Shown: positions 13,951-27,818, counted from the first letter of the stretch. The stretch: DNA of 64,000 bases from Octopus vulgaris (GCA_951406725.2 OX597821.1:60760001-60824000), one strand, 5' to 3'. A program made the numbers and translations. Notes: a model not told the origin generated them from the letters alone.

Positions 13951-14724
13951 ATTGCAAGGTATTTATAATTACATATTTTCCCTTACATTAAGAAATTTAT
14001 CCTATATATATATTTTTTGTCTTTCTGTAATAATTATTGTGGCATTTACCGTTAAATTAGCAGTTCCTTACATGTGCTTCTATTTCGTTCTTTTGTTTTG
14101 ATTTCGTTAATTTACACTGCATAAAAAAAATACTGACATACTATATACATACCACGCGGTAGGCCATTATGCCTTATTTTCTCAAGTAATTCATTACTAC
14201 ATATTCTTAAGTGACTGCATAGGCTCACTTTATGTTTCTTATTCTACAGCCACACCAACAATCCTATGTCAGCCCTTCACCTTCTACAACATTTCAACTG
14301 TTCACTTCCCCGTTGCCGTCTCCCATTGCAGCCTATTTCCGGAATGTACCCATTTATGTACAATATCTCCATTACACCTCCATTCATTTGACTGTCAACC
14401 ATACGATGAGTCGTGTTAGACACGGCGCTGACCGCGTCAAAGGCGAGTATATCCACTAACAGCTTGTCGGTGGGTTCAAAAATTACATATCCCTCTCACT
14501 TCCAGTTTTCCATGACAGGTTAGGGCATGGAATCCGCCAAACGGATATATTACATGTCGCTTAGTCGAATTAGACCATCATTTACTTCACAAATGTTTTG
14601 TCGTCAATGCTGCACTTTCTCGTATCACCTGTTTCAACATAACTGTTTTATATATATATATATATATATACTAACTATACCGTTTTAATCCCAAGCAACG
14701 CCGTGCAGTCTTTGATAATTGGTT

Positions 14725-15167
14725 GTTAATGATCGTGGAGGACATTCAACAACCAAGTGCCATTCTCAAAATCCTGGCTGTCCCCAGCAGTTTTTGGGGT
14801 TTGCTTTGCTCTCATGTCAATTCCGATTTCTCTGACATATTTCTCGAATTTGGTTGTTAGTGCTCCGAGTGTCACTACAGCTACTGAGATGACAGACAAC
14901 TCTTCTCATTGTCTACATTGTTGCAATTTCATCTTTTAGTAGTCTTTACCTTTCCATCTCTTCTAGTTCTTTGTCACTTGCTTTCCTTTTTCCCTTTATC
15001 TACCACAACAATATCTGGTTTCCGAGCATCGATTAGGGAGTCACATTGGATTGTAAAATCCCATACTATCTTATATTCATTGTTTTCGGTGACCCCTTCT
15101 GGTTCATGTTCGTACCATTTCCGCGCTCCATTCAGACCATACTTTTCACACAGCCGCCAATGAACAA
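14725..15167 (-). mobile_element. RLE LINE 3' fragment (R4/Dong-like)
   Basis: HWRLCEKYGLNGARKWYEHEPEGVTENNEYKIVWDFTIQCDSLIDARKPDIVVVDK, then TLGALTTKFEKYVREIGID. Confidence 0.88.
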
Positions 15168-15199
15168 ACTATTATTGTTATTATTATTATTATTATTAT

Positions 15200-15412
15200 T
15201 AGATCTATATATTTGCTCAGTTTTTGGTAGGTCTTGACAGATACGTTTATATCGATTGGGACAGTCATTTCAATGAGGAGGCATGTTCTTTGTCTGAAGT
15301 CTTTCAATATGATGTCTGGCCTATTTGCATCTATCTTTCTGTCAGTTTGAATGGTGAAGTTCCAGAGGAGTGAGATGTGGTCATTTTCAATCACTGGAGG
15401 TGGATTGTGTTC
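15200..15412 (-). mobile_element. RLE LINE endonuclease fragment, a distinct copy flanked by (TAA)n
   Basis: ENDHISLLWNFTIQTDRKIDANRPDIILKDFRQRTCLLIEMTVPIDINVSVKTYQKLSKYIDL (RPD...E...K-K-Y nuclease motifs). Confidence 0.9.
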
Positions 15413-15434
15413 TATTATTATTATTATTATTATT

Positions 15435-15470
<36 letters not shown>

Positions 15471-15542
15471 CTTCTTCTTCTTGTTCTTCTTCTTCTTCTT
15501 CTTCTTCTTCTTCTTCTTCTTCTTCTTCTTCTTCTTCTTCTT

Positions 15543-15573
<31 letters not shown>

Positions 15574-15600
15574 GTATTAGTATTATTATTAGTAGTAGTA
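15413..15600. repeat. (TTA)n-(TTG)n-(TTC)n-(TAG)n compound microsatellite
   Basis: Directly visible. Confidence 0.95.
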
Positions 15601-15726
15601 AAAAAAAAGAAGAGTGCCATTGTTACCAAGTGAACGATATTTCGGCATCTACTTTTTTGAACCTGTGGAAGGCATACTAGATGCAGAAGTATCGTTCACT
15701 TGATAACAATGCTACTCTTCTTTTTA

Positions 15727-16110
15727 GACCCTAAAGCCCCGATTCCAATTGGTTTCACTTTTACTGTAATCTCTCGCATTCCAAACAGTCTTGTCACCCC
15801 CATTTTCAATTGGTGGCTTTTTTGCAAATTTTTACTCCTCACATTCTCGTCATTTTCTATGACTACTTCAATGATCTAAGAGTATTTGTCTTTCTTGTTC
15901 AATACGGCCATATCCGGAGGGCGATGCTCTATTGCCCTATCAGTCAGAAACAAATAATCCCAGAATATCGTTGCTTTCCCCAATTCGGTGAAGCATAACA
16001 TCTTCGAAACTTCTGACAACCGGAGATACTGACTGTGTGAAAAGAAAGTGGAACAATTTAATCCATTCGGTAAGTGGATGTGACAGCCTTGTACGAAAAA
16101 ATTACAGGCG
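15727..16110 (-). mobile_element. third, more decayed RLE LINE endonuclease fragment
   Basis: GKATIFWDYLFLTDRAIEHRPPDMAVLNKKDK, then VKPIGIGALG. Confidence 0.75.
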
Positions 16111-16227
16111 CCTTTCATGTCTTCGAGGGCAATAAACTAAAATACCAGCTACGTATTGGGGGTTTGTCGACCTACCTCGAGTCATTTTGTGGGCTTGTGC
16201 TATGTTAGGAAGAACAAGAACAAGACA

Positions 16228-16285
16228 ACTACTACTACTACTACTACAACTACTACTTCTACTACTACTACTACAACAACAACTG

Positions 16286-16320
<35 letters not shown>

Positions 16321-16461
16321 ACTACTACTACTACTGGTGCTGCTGCTACTACTACTGCTACTACTACTACTGCTGCTGCTACTACTACTACTACTACTAT
16401 TACTACTACCACCACCACTACTACTGCTGCTGCTACTACTACTACTACTACTATTACTACT

Positions 16462-16535
<74 letters not shown>

Positions 16536-16542
16536 CACCACC

Positions 16543-16622
<80 letters not shown>
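16228..16622. repeat. (CTA/CTG/CCA)n trinucleotide microsatellite
   Basis: Directly visible; gives the spurious poly-Thr ORF. Confidence 0.95.
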
Positions 16623-16773
16623 AGGTGATGATGATTTCGACTTGAATATGATGTCATTTCTGTGCTATCAATAAACTACCAAGAAAATTTGCGAAAATAT
16701 CTAAAGTATAATTGAGATATTTTCGATTGTCATATTCGGATGATTATGAAATTATATATTTTGCAACACGCAA

Positions 16774-16818
<45 letters not shown>

Positions 16819-17179
16819 CACGCACAAGCACACACACGTGCGCAGGTACACGAATATATATACGCACACATACACACACACACAATCACATCTTAAGTGA
16901 GGACAGAAAGAAAAGTGATACAACCCAGAGCCTACTAAATACGATATATGCAATCTCTATTACTGTGCTTTAACTTGGAGGAGTTTAAGTAGCAAGTTAA
17001 ATAACGGCAAAGTATATTTTTATACAGAAAACACAATACTATATATGGATATAATATTACTGTTATATAAGAGGTGTATGGTTTCTATCAATCAAGCCTT
17101 CTCCTTCAGAATTAATGATCATTCCTAACTCGTACGTAATTCGTTTGCACAGGTTAGGATATCTACTCATCACCTGCTT

Positions 17180-17182
17180 GTT

Positions 17183-17241
<59 letters not shown>

Positions 17242-17328
17242 TTTTTTTTTTTTTAACCTTCAAAAGAAAAGCTCTACCTTGTAATTTGTTCTATCTGTGT
17301 GCAGCCCTGTGTGGCTAATAAAGAAACA

Positions 17329-17413
<85 letters not shown>

Positions 17414-17506
17414 GCCTAGTTTACCGTTTGTCCACTTGTTTATCATTTTATCCGTCTATCCGTGTGTCTGTCTGTTTGTCAGTCTATCTGTCGATCTGTC
17501 TTTCTG

Positions 17507-17601
<95 letters not shown>

Positions 17602-17862
17602 GTCAGTCAGTCAGTCAGTCAGTCAGTCAGTCTGTCTGTCTGTCTGTCTGTCTGTCTGCATGTCTGTCTGTCTGTCTGTCTGTATGTCTGTCTGTCTGTC
17701 TGTCCGTCCGTCCGTGCGTCCGTCTGTCTGTGTATCTGTCTTTCTACATGTCTGTGCCTGTTTCTCTCTCTCTCTGTCTGTCTGTCACTCTCTATCTATC
17801 TATCAATATATATACATATATACATATACATACATACATACATACATACATACATACATACA
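17180..17862. repeat. (TATC)n/(TGTC)n/(AGTC)n/(CATA)n compound microsatellite
   Basis: Directly visible. Confidence 0.95.
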
Positions 17863-18156
17863 GACCCCCCCGCACACACACATAGAAAGACACAACTCTC
17901 ACTATCTCTCTACACATAAATGTGAAGCAATAGCTACATAACATTACAGCACATTACAAATCTCATTCCTTTCTCGTTAAAACTTTTACTTCTAACGTTT
18001 AGTAGAATAAATAAATGTCTGCAAATATCTTTGCTTCAATATTTCACCTTCTGCTATAAAAATATGAACCCATTTACTGAAAATAATTGAACAATAAACA
18101 TTCTGTCTGTACTTGGATAAGTTTATGCAAGATATATATGTATATATATATAATAT

Positions 18157-18210
<54 letters not shown>

Positions 18211-18527
18211 ATATAATATATATATATATAATATAATATAATATATATATACATATAAATATATCTAATATATATATATATATATATATATATGTAAATA
18301 TGTGAGGCGCGTGTATGTGTTTCGCATGTGACGCCTATCAGATATTATGATTTATACACATACGCTTGTATATGTATTTTTGTATTTTAATCGGCAGAAA
18401 TTGCAAAGTGATTCAAGGGTTTAATTTTTTCGTTCATGGACCCTGTTAAACAGTTTGGTATGTGCCATGCACGAAACTGTGGGAACTTGAGTCATTCTGT
18501 AACGTCTGCTAATTAAAAATAGAAAAG

Positions 18528-18596
<69 letters not shown>

Positions 18597-18839
18597 CAGG
18601 GTTGGCTAAAAGTCACCTGCCAGTAAATTAAAACCCATCCAATTCCAAGATTAAAACAAAAAATTATTTTATATGACACTTCGCTAATAAATAAACAAAT
18701 GTTGAAAAAAGAAAAACGATGATTTTTAATTCACAGCATTCAATTATTAAACATTCATAATTGGAAATAATAGATAAAATTGAATATACGATGTTTATGG
18801 AATTTTGATTTACCTTTGGGTGACTTTTGGCCAGCCCCG
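18597..18839. mobile_element. Tc1/mariner-type MITE inserted in (TA)n
   Basis: Imperfect TIRs: cagggttggctaaaagtcacc..gtaaattaaaa versus reverse complement cggggctggccaaaagtcacc..gtaaatcaaaa. TA on both sides. Confidence 0.8.
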
Positions 18840-18845
18840 TATATA

Positions 18846-18907
<62 letters not shown>

Positions 18908-19881
18908 TAGATAGATATATATTTATGTTTTCTTTTGAGTTATATTTATCTTGTTAATTCTACCAAGCTGCCTGTCTTTCTCTGCCCCTCCGCTCCCCCT
19001 CTCTCTATCTGTATAACATAAGCCATTGGTAATTATGTTTTATACAACGACCAAGCAGAATGACATCATATTTACTCTGTCATCATTACGTTATAACCTT
19101 AACAACATTTTAACACTTCGCAGTTGTACATGAGAAACATGGCAGCTGCTGTATTTTTGCTGTAAGTCGCGTAAGCCGTCTGAAATATTTCGTTTTATTA
19201 GGAAAGACGAAATGACGTTAAGTAGTATTAAGATAAATAAGCCGCTCTTACTATTCTCTCTCAAAACCTTGCTAACTGTAGTTGCGGTGAATACAGCATC
19301 TCCACATCTCATTTTATTTACCTGGAAGTTAGCAACAGCAACAGCGACATCTAGTTAGTTTATTGAAAGACTTTCTTATTCCTCTTTTTATTTTCTGCTT
19401 CTATCATTTTCAGAAGTTTCTCCATCCACTCCGTTCAATGATCTATGGCGCATTGCGGGCAATTATATCATGTCTGCTCCTTTTCGAAAGTTATTGACCT
19501 TCGTGTACATCATTATGCACATTTCATTTTAGCTCTTTCAATCACCACCCCATATGAAATCTGATCATTTAGAATCCTGATATGTTTGAAATTCTGCACG
19601 TTTACAACATTAAATTTCATCATTCACTTTTAATCTATTATGCTTGACTAACCCTCACTCTCAACAACAAAGTCAATATCTATTCCGGTATAGGCGATTG
19701 AGACGGCATTTAATTAAAATAGTCACCTACGTATCACATTTGATGCATACACAAACTGTCGAAGGTTCAGATGCTGCTGTATTTGTCTTGTGATAGCATC
19801 TCTTATGGAGTCGATGCATTAAAAGTACAATGAATATTACAAAGACAAGCGTCTAATAGCAACTGTGAAATTTTTATTTAC

Positions 19882-20054
19882 GTTTTCCTATATCGTCTAA
19901 GTATGGAGATGGTTGCGAGTACGCGCAACTGAAAAAGCTCCAAGGAGTGAAATGTATCCAGTGCTCTCGCTGGTCACTGCTGGGACGAATTTCCGTCACA
20001 CTAGCTCTCTCTAATATTGTGTTTTTAATACAGCAAATCTTTAAGATGTTATCT
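19882..20054 (-). CDS. candidate exon (xDNILKICCIKNTILERASVTEIRPSSDQREHWIHFTPWSFFSCAYSQPSPYLDDIGKx)
   Basis: Acceptor tatttgttcag, donor AAC|GTAAAT, 57 open codons in unique sequence. No homology recognised. Confidence 0.2.
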
Positions 20055-21919
20055 CTGAACAAATACTGCACTAAGTGGCATATTGTTAGTATGTATTCAA
20101 TAAATATGATATGTAGGTAGTTATTTCAATATATATTCGCTGACGTTACCGTATATGGCCCTGTAAGATCATATATACGCTTTGTTATCAAGACATCTCC
20201 CTATAACAGATAGAGTCAGTGGAGCTTATGAAGTGTCTCTAAGTTCGGTTGTTGTGTGGAATAGAAAACTTGACGATTTGGACAATGATAATTCAGCTGA
20301 GTGTCTTCAAGTAATGGTTGACACAATTGGAGAAGGAATGAATAGGGTATTTTGTAGAGGTCAAGGTATGAATGAAGAGGTAATAGTAACGATTGAGAGA
20401 TGTGGGAGGTGTGAAGGAAGATAATTTAGGGAGAAGAAGCGGGGGACAGCTAAGCAATGTGATAGTGGTTAGAATTTCAAGTAAACTAATTGGTTAGTCC
20501 ACTACCGATTCTGTACTGCCTAATATGGAGAGAAAATATGTTTCAACCTCTCCCATCAGACATCTAAGTAATGAAATGACAAGGTTTCTCGCTCTGTATT
20601 CTTACACATCTTATTGGCAAAGTAACTAAATTTTGTTAGACCAAAGACTAGTATGGCCGCAGTACTCACGAAAACGAAAGGGGCAAAGTCACACAAAAAT
20701 GAAATAAAATAAAACACACTACAATACTCAGAAGGAATCACATATAAAGTATTCTCCAATCAACAGAGCTTTCGTGGTAAAGGGAACCTCTGATAGTCAA
20801 TCAGTTTGCTAGAAATAGCAACTGACACTAAGGAAAAAACCCCCATTAGATTATACAGCCCTAGAAACATTATGACTATAAAGAAATAAGAGATCATAGC
20901 TAGAATGTTTTCGATCATTCTTCTGTTTTAGATCAGGGCCGAACTGATGTAAAGAACAAGTGAAAAACAACTGCGCATAATTTCACATTTGTTAGAGTTA
21001 GCGTATCATATCACTTGCAGTCTCTTTCCTAAAACAATAGTCACTTTTACACATTTCATGCAATGAAATCAACCTGGAACCCGCTTTCTAAGGACACGCA
21101 CAACTCATCACTTGCGCCTGTAAATACCTTTGAAAAATAGTGTTATATCATTTAATATGGGGAAAGTCCTGAACCTCGTCTAGCACAAGAACCTTCCTCT
21201 GAACCTGCTCGCTTTCGAGCCATCTCTTTTGAAGTACTGAATTGAAATTTCCTGTCAAATCTATCACTTCATCACAGCATATAACGACGGATCGATTATA
21301 ACTGATCCGTTGATATTGCCGTCAAGGCCATTAATAAAGCAAGACCCGCATGTTTTCAAAACAGAAATTTCCATAGGTCAGTAATGCAAAATTGCATGCA
21401 GGCATTTTGTTGGCCATCAGATTAGAAGCCTAATGAAGGATGAATAGTTCTTAAGATTAATGAGAGAAAGAGAGGAAAGCATGGCAGTCCTTCATATCAG
21501 AGGAGAATAATTTTCTTGAAAACCACCGATGTTCAGAAAACGTGTACTTCGTTGAAGTGATACAGAGTTTTAAGACTTTCGGAGCACATCTGGATTATTC
21601 CTTTCAGAATTGTGGAAAGTAGTGATAAATAAGGGGAAATGTTCCATTAAGATAGATATTGATGGAAGATAGAAAAAAGTCTAAGACTATTTTTAGCTTC
21701 TATAACGTGATAAGATTTTTTTTATCATATACAGGTGTAGTTGAAAAAGCTGAACATATAGAATAAAAGTATTGTCACTTTTAGATTCACTATTGTCACA
21801 TTATTTAAATTCACTTACAAAATCTTCAGCAATAGAAAAGAATATTCAAAATACTGTGTTACTAATTGCTTTTCTGCTAATTATGAAGGCAACTGTGCGG
21901 AGGCCCACCCCACCATCAG

Positions 21920-21953
<34 letters not shown>

Positions 21954-22011
21954 TGTATGTATGTATGTATGTATGTATGCATGCATGTATGTATGTATGC
22001 ATGTATGTATG

Positions 22012-22098
<87 letters not shown>

Positions 22099-22179
22099 AA
22101 AATGAAAGACGGGAGATCGAATATACGAGAATTTATTATTTATTATATACATACACATATACATACATGTGTGTGTGTG

Positions 22180-22365
22180 TGTGTATGTGCGTCTGTGTTG
22201 TTACCCATCACCGCTTGACAACTGGTATAGGTTTATTTACGCTCTCGTAAAAAAAAAAAAATTTCAAAACATATAAGTACTGGTGTGATTTTGTTGGACT
22301 AAGTCCCTTCAAGGCGGTGTTTCAGCATGGCCGCAGCCCAGTGATTGAAACGAGTAACAGATAAA
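22180..22365 (+). mobile_element. SINE family B 3' half
   Basis: cgcttgacaactggt...aaggcggtgtttcagcatggccgcag...gaaacgagtaa. Confidence 0.75.
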
Positions 22366-22951
22366 CGATAATTAACTTTGTGCATCTCAAGATCAAATCC
22401 ATTCAAACATTCACCTCTCTTCTTCTTGCTAAAAGTATTGAATTTCATCTCACATTAAACATTTGTTCATTATTTTTTCATTAGAACTTCTACTTACTCT
22501 TTCTTTCTCATTATCTATGTTCACGCTCAGTGAATCATCAATTCCTTTGATCTAGAGGGCCTGAAATAATAAAGTAAACACTTTAATAGTAATAACTCTC
22601 TTACTTGAACACAAATAAATATTTTTCTTTTATATAAACAAAACTTAATGCATTTAGATAATGCAAGATGGCGATGATTTCACAATTTAATACACAAAAA
22701 TTGCAAATGAATTTAAATTTACCTCTTAAAAAAAAAACAAAAACAAAGCCTAGCTGAAATTGTTAGCGACTTTCAAAGACATAAATTTCCAGACATTAAG
22801 AATTAATTTCACAAAAAAATAATTTATTAATCTTGTGGTGGTTGTAGGAATCTGAATTTTGTTACCTGGCAAAATGACGGTTGTGGACATGTTTTGTAAT
22901 TATAATCCCTCATCAGTTCTCTATTAAATATTAATGTATTTGTTAGTATAT

Positions 22952-23166
22952 AAGGCGGTGAGCTGGGAGAATCGTAACAACTCCGGGCGAAATGCTTAGC
23001 TGCATTTCGTCCGTCCTTACGTTCTGAGTTCAAGTTCTGTCGAGGTCCACTTTGCTTTTCATCCTTTCGGGGTTGATAAAATAAGTACCAGTTCAACACT
23101 GGGTCGATGTAATCGACTTAGCTCCCTCCCATGAAATGCTGGTCTGTGCCAAAATTTGAAACCAAT
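22952..23166 (+). mobile_element. SINE family A copy (antisense within the putative 3' UTR)
   Basis: Full head, core and tail. Confidence 0.9.
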
Positions 23167-23253
23167 GTACTTGGCGGTATATTATGGTTGCAAAACGAAA
23201 TGCCGTGTCCTTGCTGGCAATTAATATCTACGTATCATCTGCCAGATATGTAT

Positions 23254-23346
23254 TCAATATGTAAATTGGTCTATCCAACAGCGTTGCACCACTAATCGTA
23301 GTGGATATTTAAGCATTCGTGGATAGTTGATGAGTTGGATATGGTG
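23254..23346 (-). CDS. terminal coding exon of unidentified gene (HHIQLINYPRMLKYPLRLVVQRCWIDQFTY*)
   Basis: Acceptor ttgctctttcatcag; phase 0 matches the upstream exon; stop TGA. An AATAAA lies on the minus strand at 22828-22823. Confidence 0.7.
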   Translation of the reverse strand, partial: HHIQLINYPRMLKYPLRLVVQRCWIDQFTY

Positions 23347-23637
23347 CTGATGAAAGAGCAATTACACATGAAATACGTATATACACCAATTACCTATTTT
23401 TTCTATCTTTGATCGCATTATTCGCATACATGTATTCGCATATGAAATATATCTTTTAGTGGTGGCTCTGAATTCTTCCGAAAAGCAATACAAATAAACA
23501 TAAAAATGACAACATCGCACTGCTAACACGAGAAAAAGGCACAAATTTAACTTGTAAACCTTTAATATACTTGGTTGCAAAAATGAGAACATCGCACTAA
23601 TAACACGAAATACACACACACACACATGCACACATAC

Positions 23638-23746
23638 TTGATTTTTAACGTCACTATTATGGCCGTAGTCGAAAAGGGCAAAATACTGCATGAAGAATGT
23701 GTCAATACTCTGAACACCTTGCAAGAAGCGCTCATCATTGTCATAT
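23638..23746 (-). CDS. internal coding exon (xYDNDERFLQGVQSIDTFFMQYFALFDYGHNSDVKNQ)
   Basis: Canonical branch point and acceptor TACTAACctacactcttttgcacag, donor CAA|GTATGT; 109 nt, phase 2 in and phase 0 out. Confidence 0.8.
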
Positions 23747-23860
23747 CTGTGCAAAAGAGTGTAGGTTAGTAGCAGGACTGAAAGCTTCATTCTTGTTGCA
23801 TTAAGAAAACAATCAAGTCATGGCGTTGCTCGAAACTGAGTTGGTATATATATATATATA

Positions 23861-24738
23861 TATAATTTCAACAATTGAGGGTAAAATTAATTAATTATTA
23901 ATCAATTTCACCAAGTGTTCAGTATGCAAAGGGACCATTTAAGGCGAATTCAAATTATTACATTATATAAAAGGGCTTAGTAAAATAAATTACTTTGCCG
24001 CATACTGAACTCATTAGAAATAGCAGCTAAAAAACTTTTTTAAAGCTATTTCTAATACTTAAAGAAAATCTCTCTCGTATAGTGTTTGCTTAACTCAACT
24101 CACAAAAGTTTGGGGGTAAGGACATCAAAAAATCAAATGCAAAGGTTATTTGAGAACGTACGTTTCAAGATTAGTCAAAACGACATTTCTATCATCAGTT
24201 CAGAAACTCCTTGGTTTGGATTTGAAAACACTGAAAGTAAGAACATACCCTTTCGGCTTCTCATCGCTTTCGAAGATCTGTTCGTAACTAACAGTGCCAA
24301 CAAACTCAAATAAGCAAGCGAAGAATTTCTGTTCTCCCCTTTCCACCAGCGTGGGTTAAAATCATCAAACACTATGCTTATTTCGGTAAAATCCGAAGCA
24401 TTAATTAGAGGGAGATTTATTATAATTTCAACAATTGAGGGTAAAATTAATTAATTATTAATCAATTTCACCAAGTGTTCAGTATGCAAAGGGACCATTT
24501 AAGGCGAATTCAAATTATTACATTATATAAAAGGGCTTAGTAAAATAAATTACTTTGCCGCTTACTGAACTCATTAGAAATAGCAGCTAAAAAACTTTTT
24601 TAAAGCTATTTCTAATACTTAAAGAAAATCTCTCTCGTATAGTGTTTGCTTAACTCAACTCACAAAAGTTTGGGGGTAAGGACATCAAAAAATCAAATGC
24701 AAAGGTTATTTGAGAACGTACGTTATTTGAGAACGTAC

Positions 24739-24740
<2 letters not shown>
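23861..24740. mobile_element. element with ~300-bp near-identical direct repeats (period 560), inserted in (TA)n; Penelope pseudo-LTR-like arrangement
   Basis: 23861-24162 and 24421-24723 differ at about one base. They enclose a 260-bp unique spacer, and the element ends in a duplicated gttatttgagaacgtac. Confidence 0.6.
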
Positions 24741-24775
<35 letters not shown>

Positions 24776-24793
24776 CACATACATACATACATG

Positions 24794-25214
<421 letters not shown>

Positions 25215-27034
25215 ATGTATATATATGTGTGTATGTGTATATCTATGCATATACATATTTATACACATACATATATTACATATATATATATATATACATA
25301 TATATTATATAGTATCACAATATATATACATATATATATATACATATGTATGTATGTATATTTAATGCGAATCTCAATAATTCATTTGTTTTGTCTCCCT
25401 AATGTTAAGCAAACAAGAGATAAAACTTCTCCGGATATGACTGATATATTTATTAAATCCAGTCCAGATAAAATGTCAAAATTCACATAAACCAGATTTG
25501 AGATTGCAACGGAGAGCAATGAAAGTAGATGCTATATGATATGTAATCCAATGTTCTACTATGTTAGTAGACATGATTAAAGCAATTACTACAAGTAATC
25601 CTTGCCTAATTCGAATATACAAATGTTACCATCTCTCTTCTATTTAATATCTTTCGTGTTACAAAATTATGAGAGGAAGAATTAGACTGTTTGCTTTCGA
25701 TCTCTCCACGCTTTAGTTTCTTTATCCAATTCTCTGGTGCAGAACTACTCACTTCCTTATGTTGTTCAATAATGGTTAATAATATCAAAACATGAAATAG
25801 TACGGATATTATATTTGAAGATGAAAAGTCGTAAATTAAGTTGTCCGTAAAGAGAACTGGCCCTAATCAATAGTTAAACGTACAACCCAATATACGGCGC
25901 AGTTAAATTGCGCCATCTCCTTTTGTATGCTCAGTATTTAAGGCAGTTGTGCATAACTGCATATTGGCTAAAATATGTTTAATATCTGTCAGAAGCCAAT
26001 GGTTCAAGCGAAGTAACCTGTTTTGAGTAGAGATGAATGGCTCAGTTCAATGCTTTACCATTGATTTTCACACGGGAATCTAATAAATTTAATCAGATAA
26101 GAATAAAAGAACAAAAATAAAGACAGGCCCATATATTATATCTATACTTCTCTTCTTTTCCCTGTCTATCCAACTCTTCTGTCTTTTCTTCCTATAACGT
26201 CCTCTCGTTTACTTCTTATATGTAGCTCTCATCCTACTTCTCTTTTCATATTCCTTTCTCTCTCTCGATATCTTTCGCTGTTTTTCCAGACTGTTGCTTT
26301 TTATATTTGCTTTATTCCCATTCGTTTTTCTCCATTTGCTCTCTCACTTACCCGTACACATCTTCTTTCTCTCTCCTCCCCCTCTCTCCCCCCTCTCTCT
26401 CTCTCTTTCTCTTTCTCTCTATACCTCTTTCATTGTGTATGTTTTTTTTCTCACAGACTGCTCTTTATTTGAATTTTGTTTTCTAACTTTCATCTCATGC
26501 TTTTAACTCCCATTCTCTCTCATTCCTTCTCTCTTCTATTTCCATTCCATCGTATTTCTCTTTGTAGCCTTTTCTCTCTGTGTCTTTATTTTAATTACCA
26601 TTCCGTCCCCACTGTCCCTTTATCCTCATCTCACCCATCACTTCACCCCTCCCCATCTCTCTCGTGCTGTCTCTTCTCCCTCTTTCCTTCTTCATGTATT
26701 TTCCTTTCAATTCTCTGATTATTCCACTTCTTTCAATGAACCTCATAACTGTTTTAGGTTTCTGTATATTCAGTTATTCCTGCTTTTGAAAGAAAGGTTT
26801 TTATTAGAAAAATAGCTCCATTATTTGAGTGTTGCCAACTCAAAGAATTACCAATTCCTTGAGATGTTATTTATTATATTACATCAGAAACTTAAATAAC
26901 TTTCAATTAAAATGTATTTCTATTATTAACACGTAGAAGCATATATACATACATACATACATACATACATGCCTACATACATACATACATACATACATAC
27001 ATAATACATACATGCTTATGTATATATATATATG

Positions 27035-27084
<50 letters not shown>

Positions 27085-27639
27085 AGTATATATAATTCTA
27101 TAAATATTATTATGATAATAAGGGAAGTAACGAAGAACGCCACATTCTAGAAATAGACGCCAAACAGCTCTATGAACTACAATTATTCACTGTATTAGCA
27201 TGGATTGAAAGCGAGGAAAGTGAATAAATAAGATTTTTAAAAGTAAGTTTAACCATAAATCCCTTTCTAGTTCAGAGATGTCAAATCTCCTTAGCTTCAA
27301 CAGTATGGTATGACAAATTCTACATAATTATAAACATTTATACATACTCGTACGAATAACACGCATCCATAAGCATATATACAAATGTTCACATTTATAT
27401 ACGGGCTAATATATATATATATCACACCACCACGCACACACCAGCACTGACCAATTCCCATCCCCACATTTTCACACCTACACATGCACACACGCACGCG
27501 TTAAGATCACCAGCTCTCTTTCACACGGATATACGTACTCTCTCCCACACATGCGCACCTTCGTTTTGGGATCATTACTACTTTGTTATCTCCCCTACTT
27601 CTTAGCCCTCCTATGTGACCCTTCTGTCCGGCATTCGCC

Positions 27640-27818
27640 ATGATAGATCGGTAGCCACTACACACATTTTTTCCTCTCCTTGTTTCTTTCCGTGTTCCTT
27701 TCTGTGGAAGAGCGTAGGCTCGAAACGTTAAAGACTTTTTTAATTCCCGAGCGTTATACTAATACATATGTTTGTTTTCTACAACACCTGTCTTCGTCTT
27801 TTGTTTTTCGTGAATTCT

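Larger units (their letters stand above)
12075..14715 (+). mobile_element. possible non-autonomous Helitron-like relic containing a degenerate tandem array
   Basis: The 5' part (tctatctaaatc...ctcaaacggctcaacc...aaatttt) and the 3' part (ttttaatcccaagcaacgccgtgcagtc, cf. the cccgNgcaacgccggg hairpin) resemble invertebrate Helitron ends. No intact CTAG terminus. Confidence 0.35.

Noticed and set aside
16156-16674. 172-aa Thr-rich mucin-like ORF
   Set aside because: Pure (CTA/CTG/CCA)n microsatellite, open in several frames, with no convincing splice or start context.
19380-20560. Possible CR1/L2 LINE remnants on the minus strand
   Set aside because: Only faint motif resemblance with many stops; cannot be supported without a profile search.
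21148-21237. Minus-strand peptide KVLVLDEVQDF resembling a helicase Walker B motif
   Set aside because: The frame closes four residues later, no Walker A exon was found, and other frames are equally open; likely chance.
24170-24200. CTGATGA-TA-GAAA on the minus strand as a hammerhead core
   Set aside because: No room for stem II and no proper stem III or cleavage triplet.
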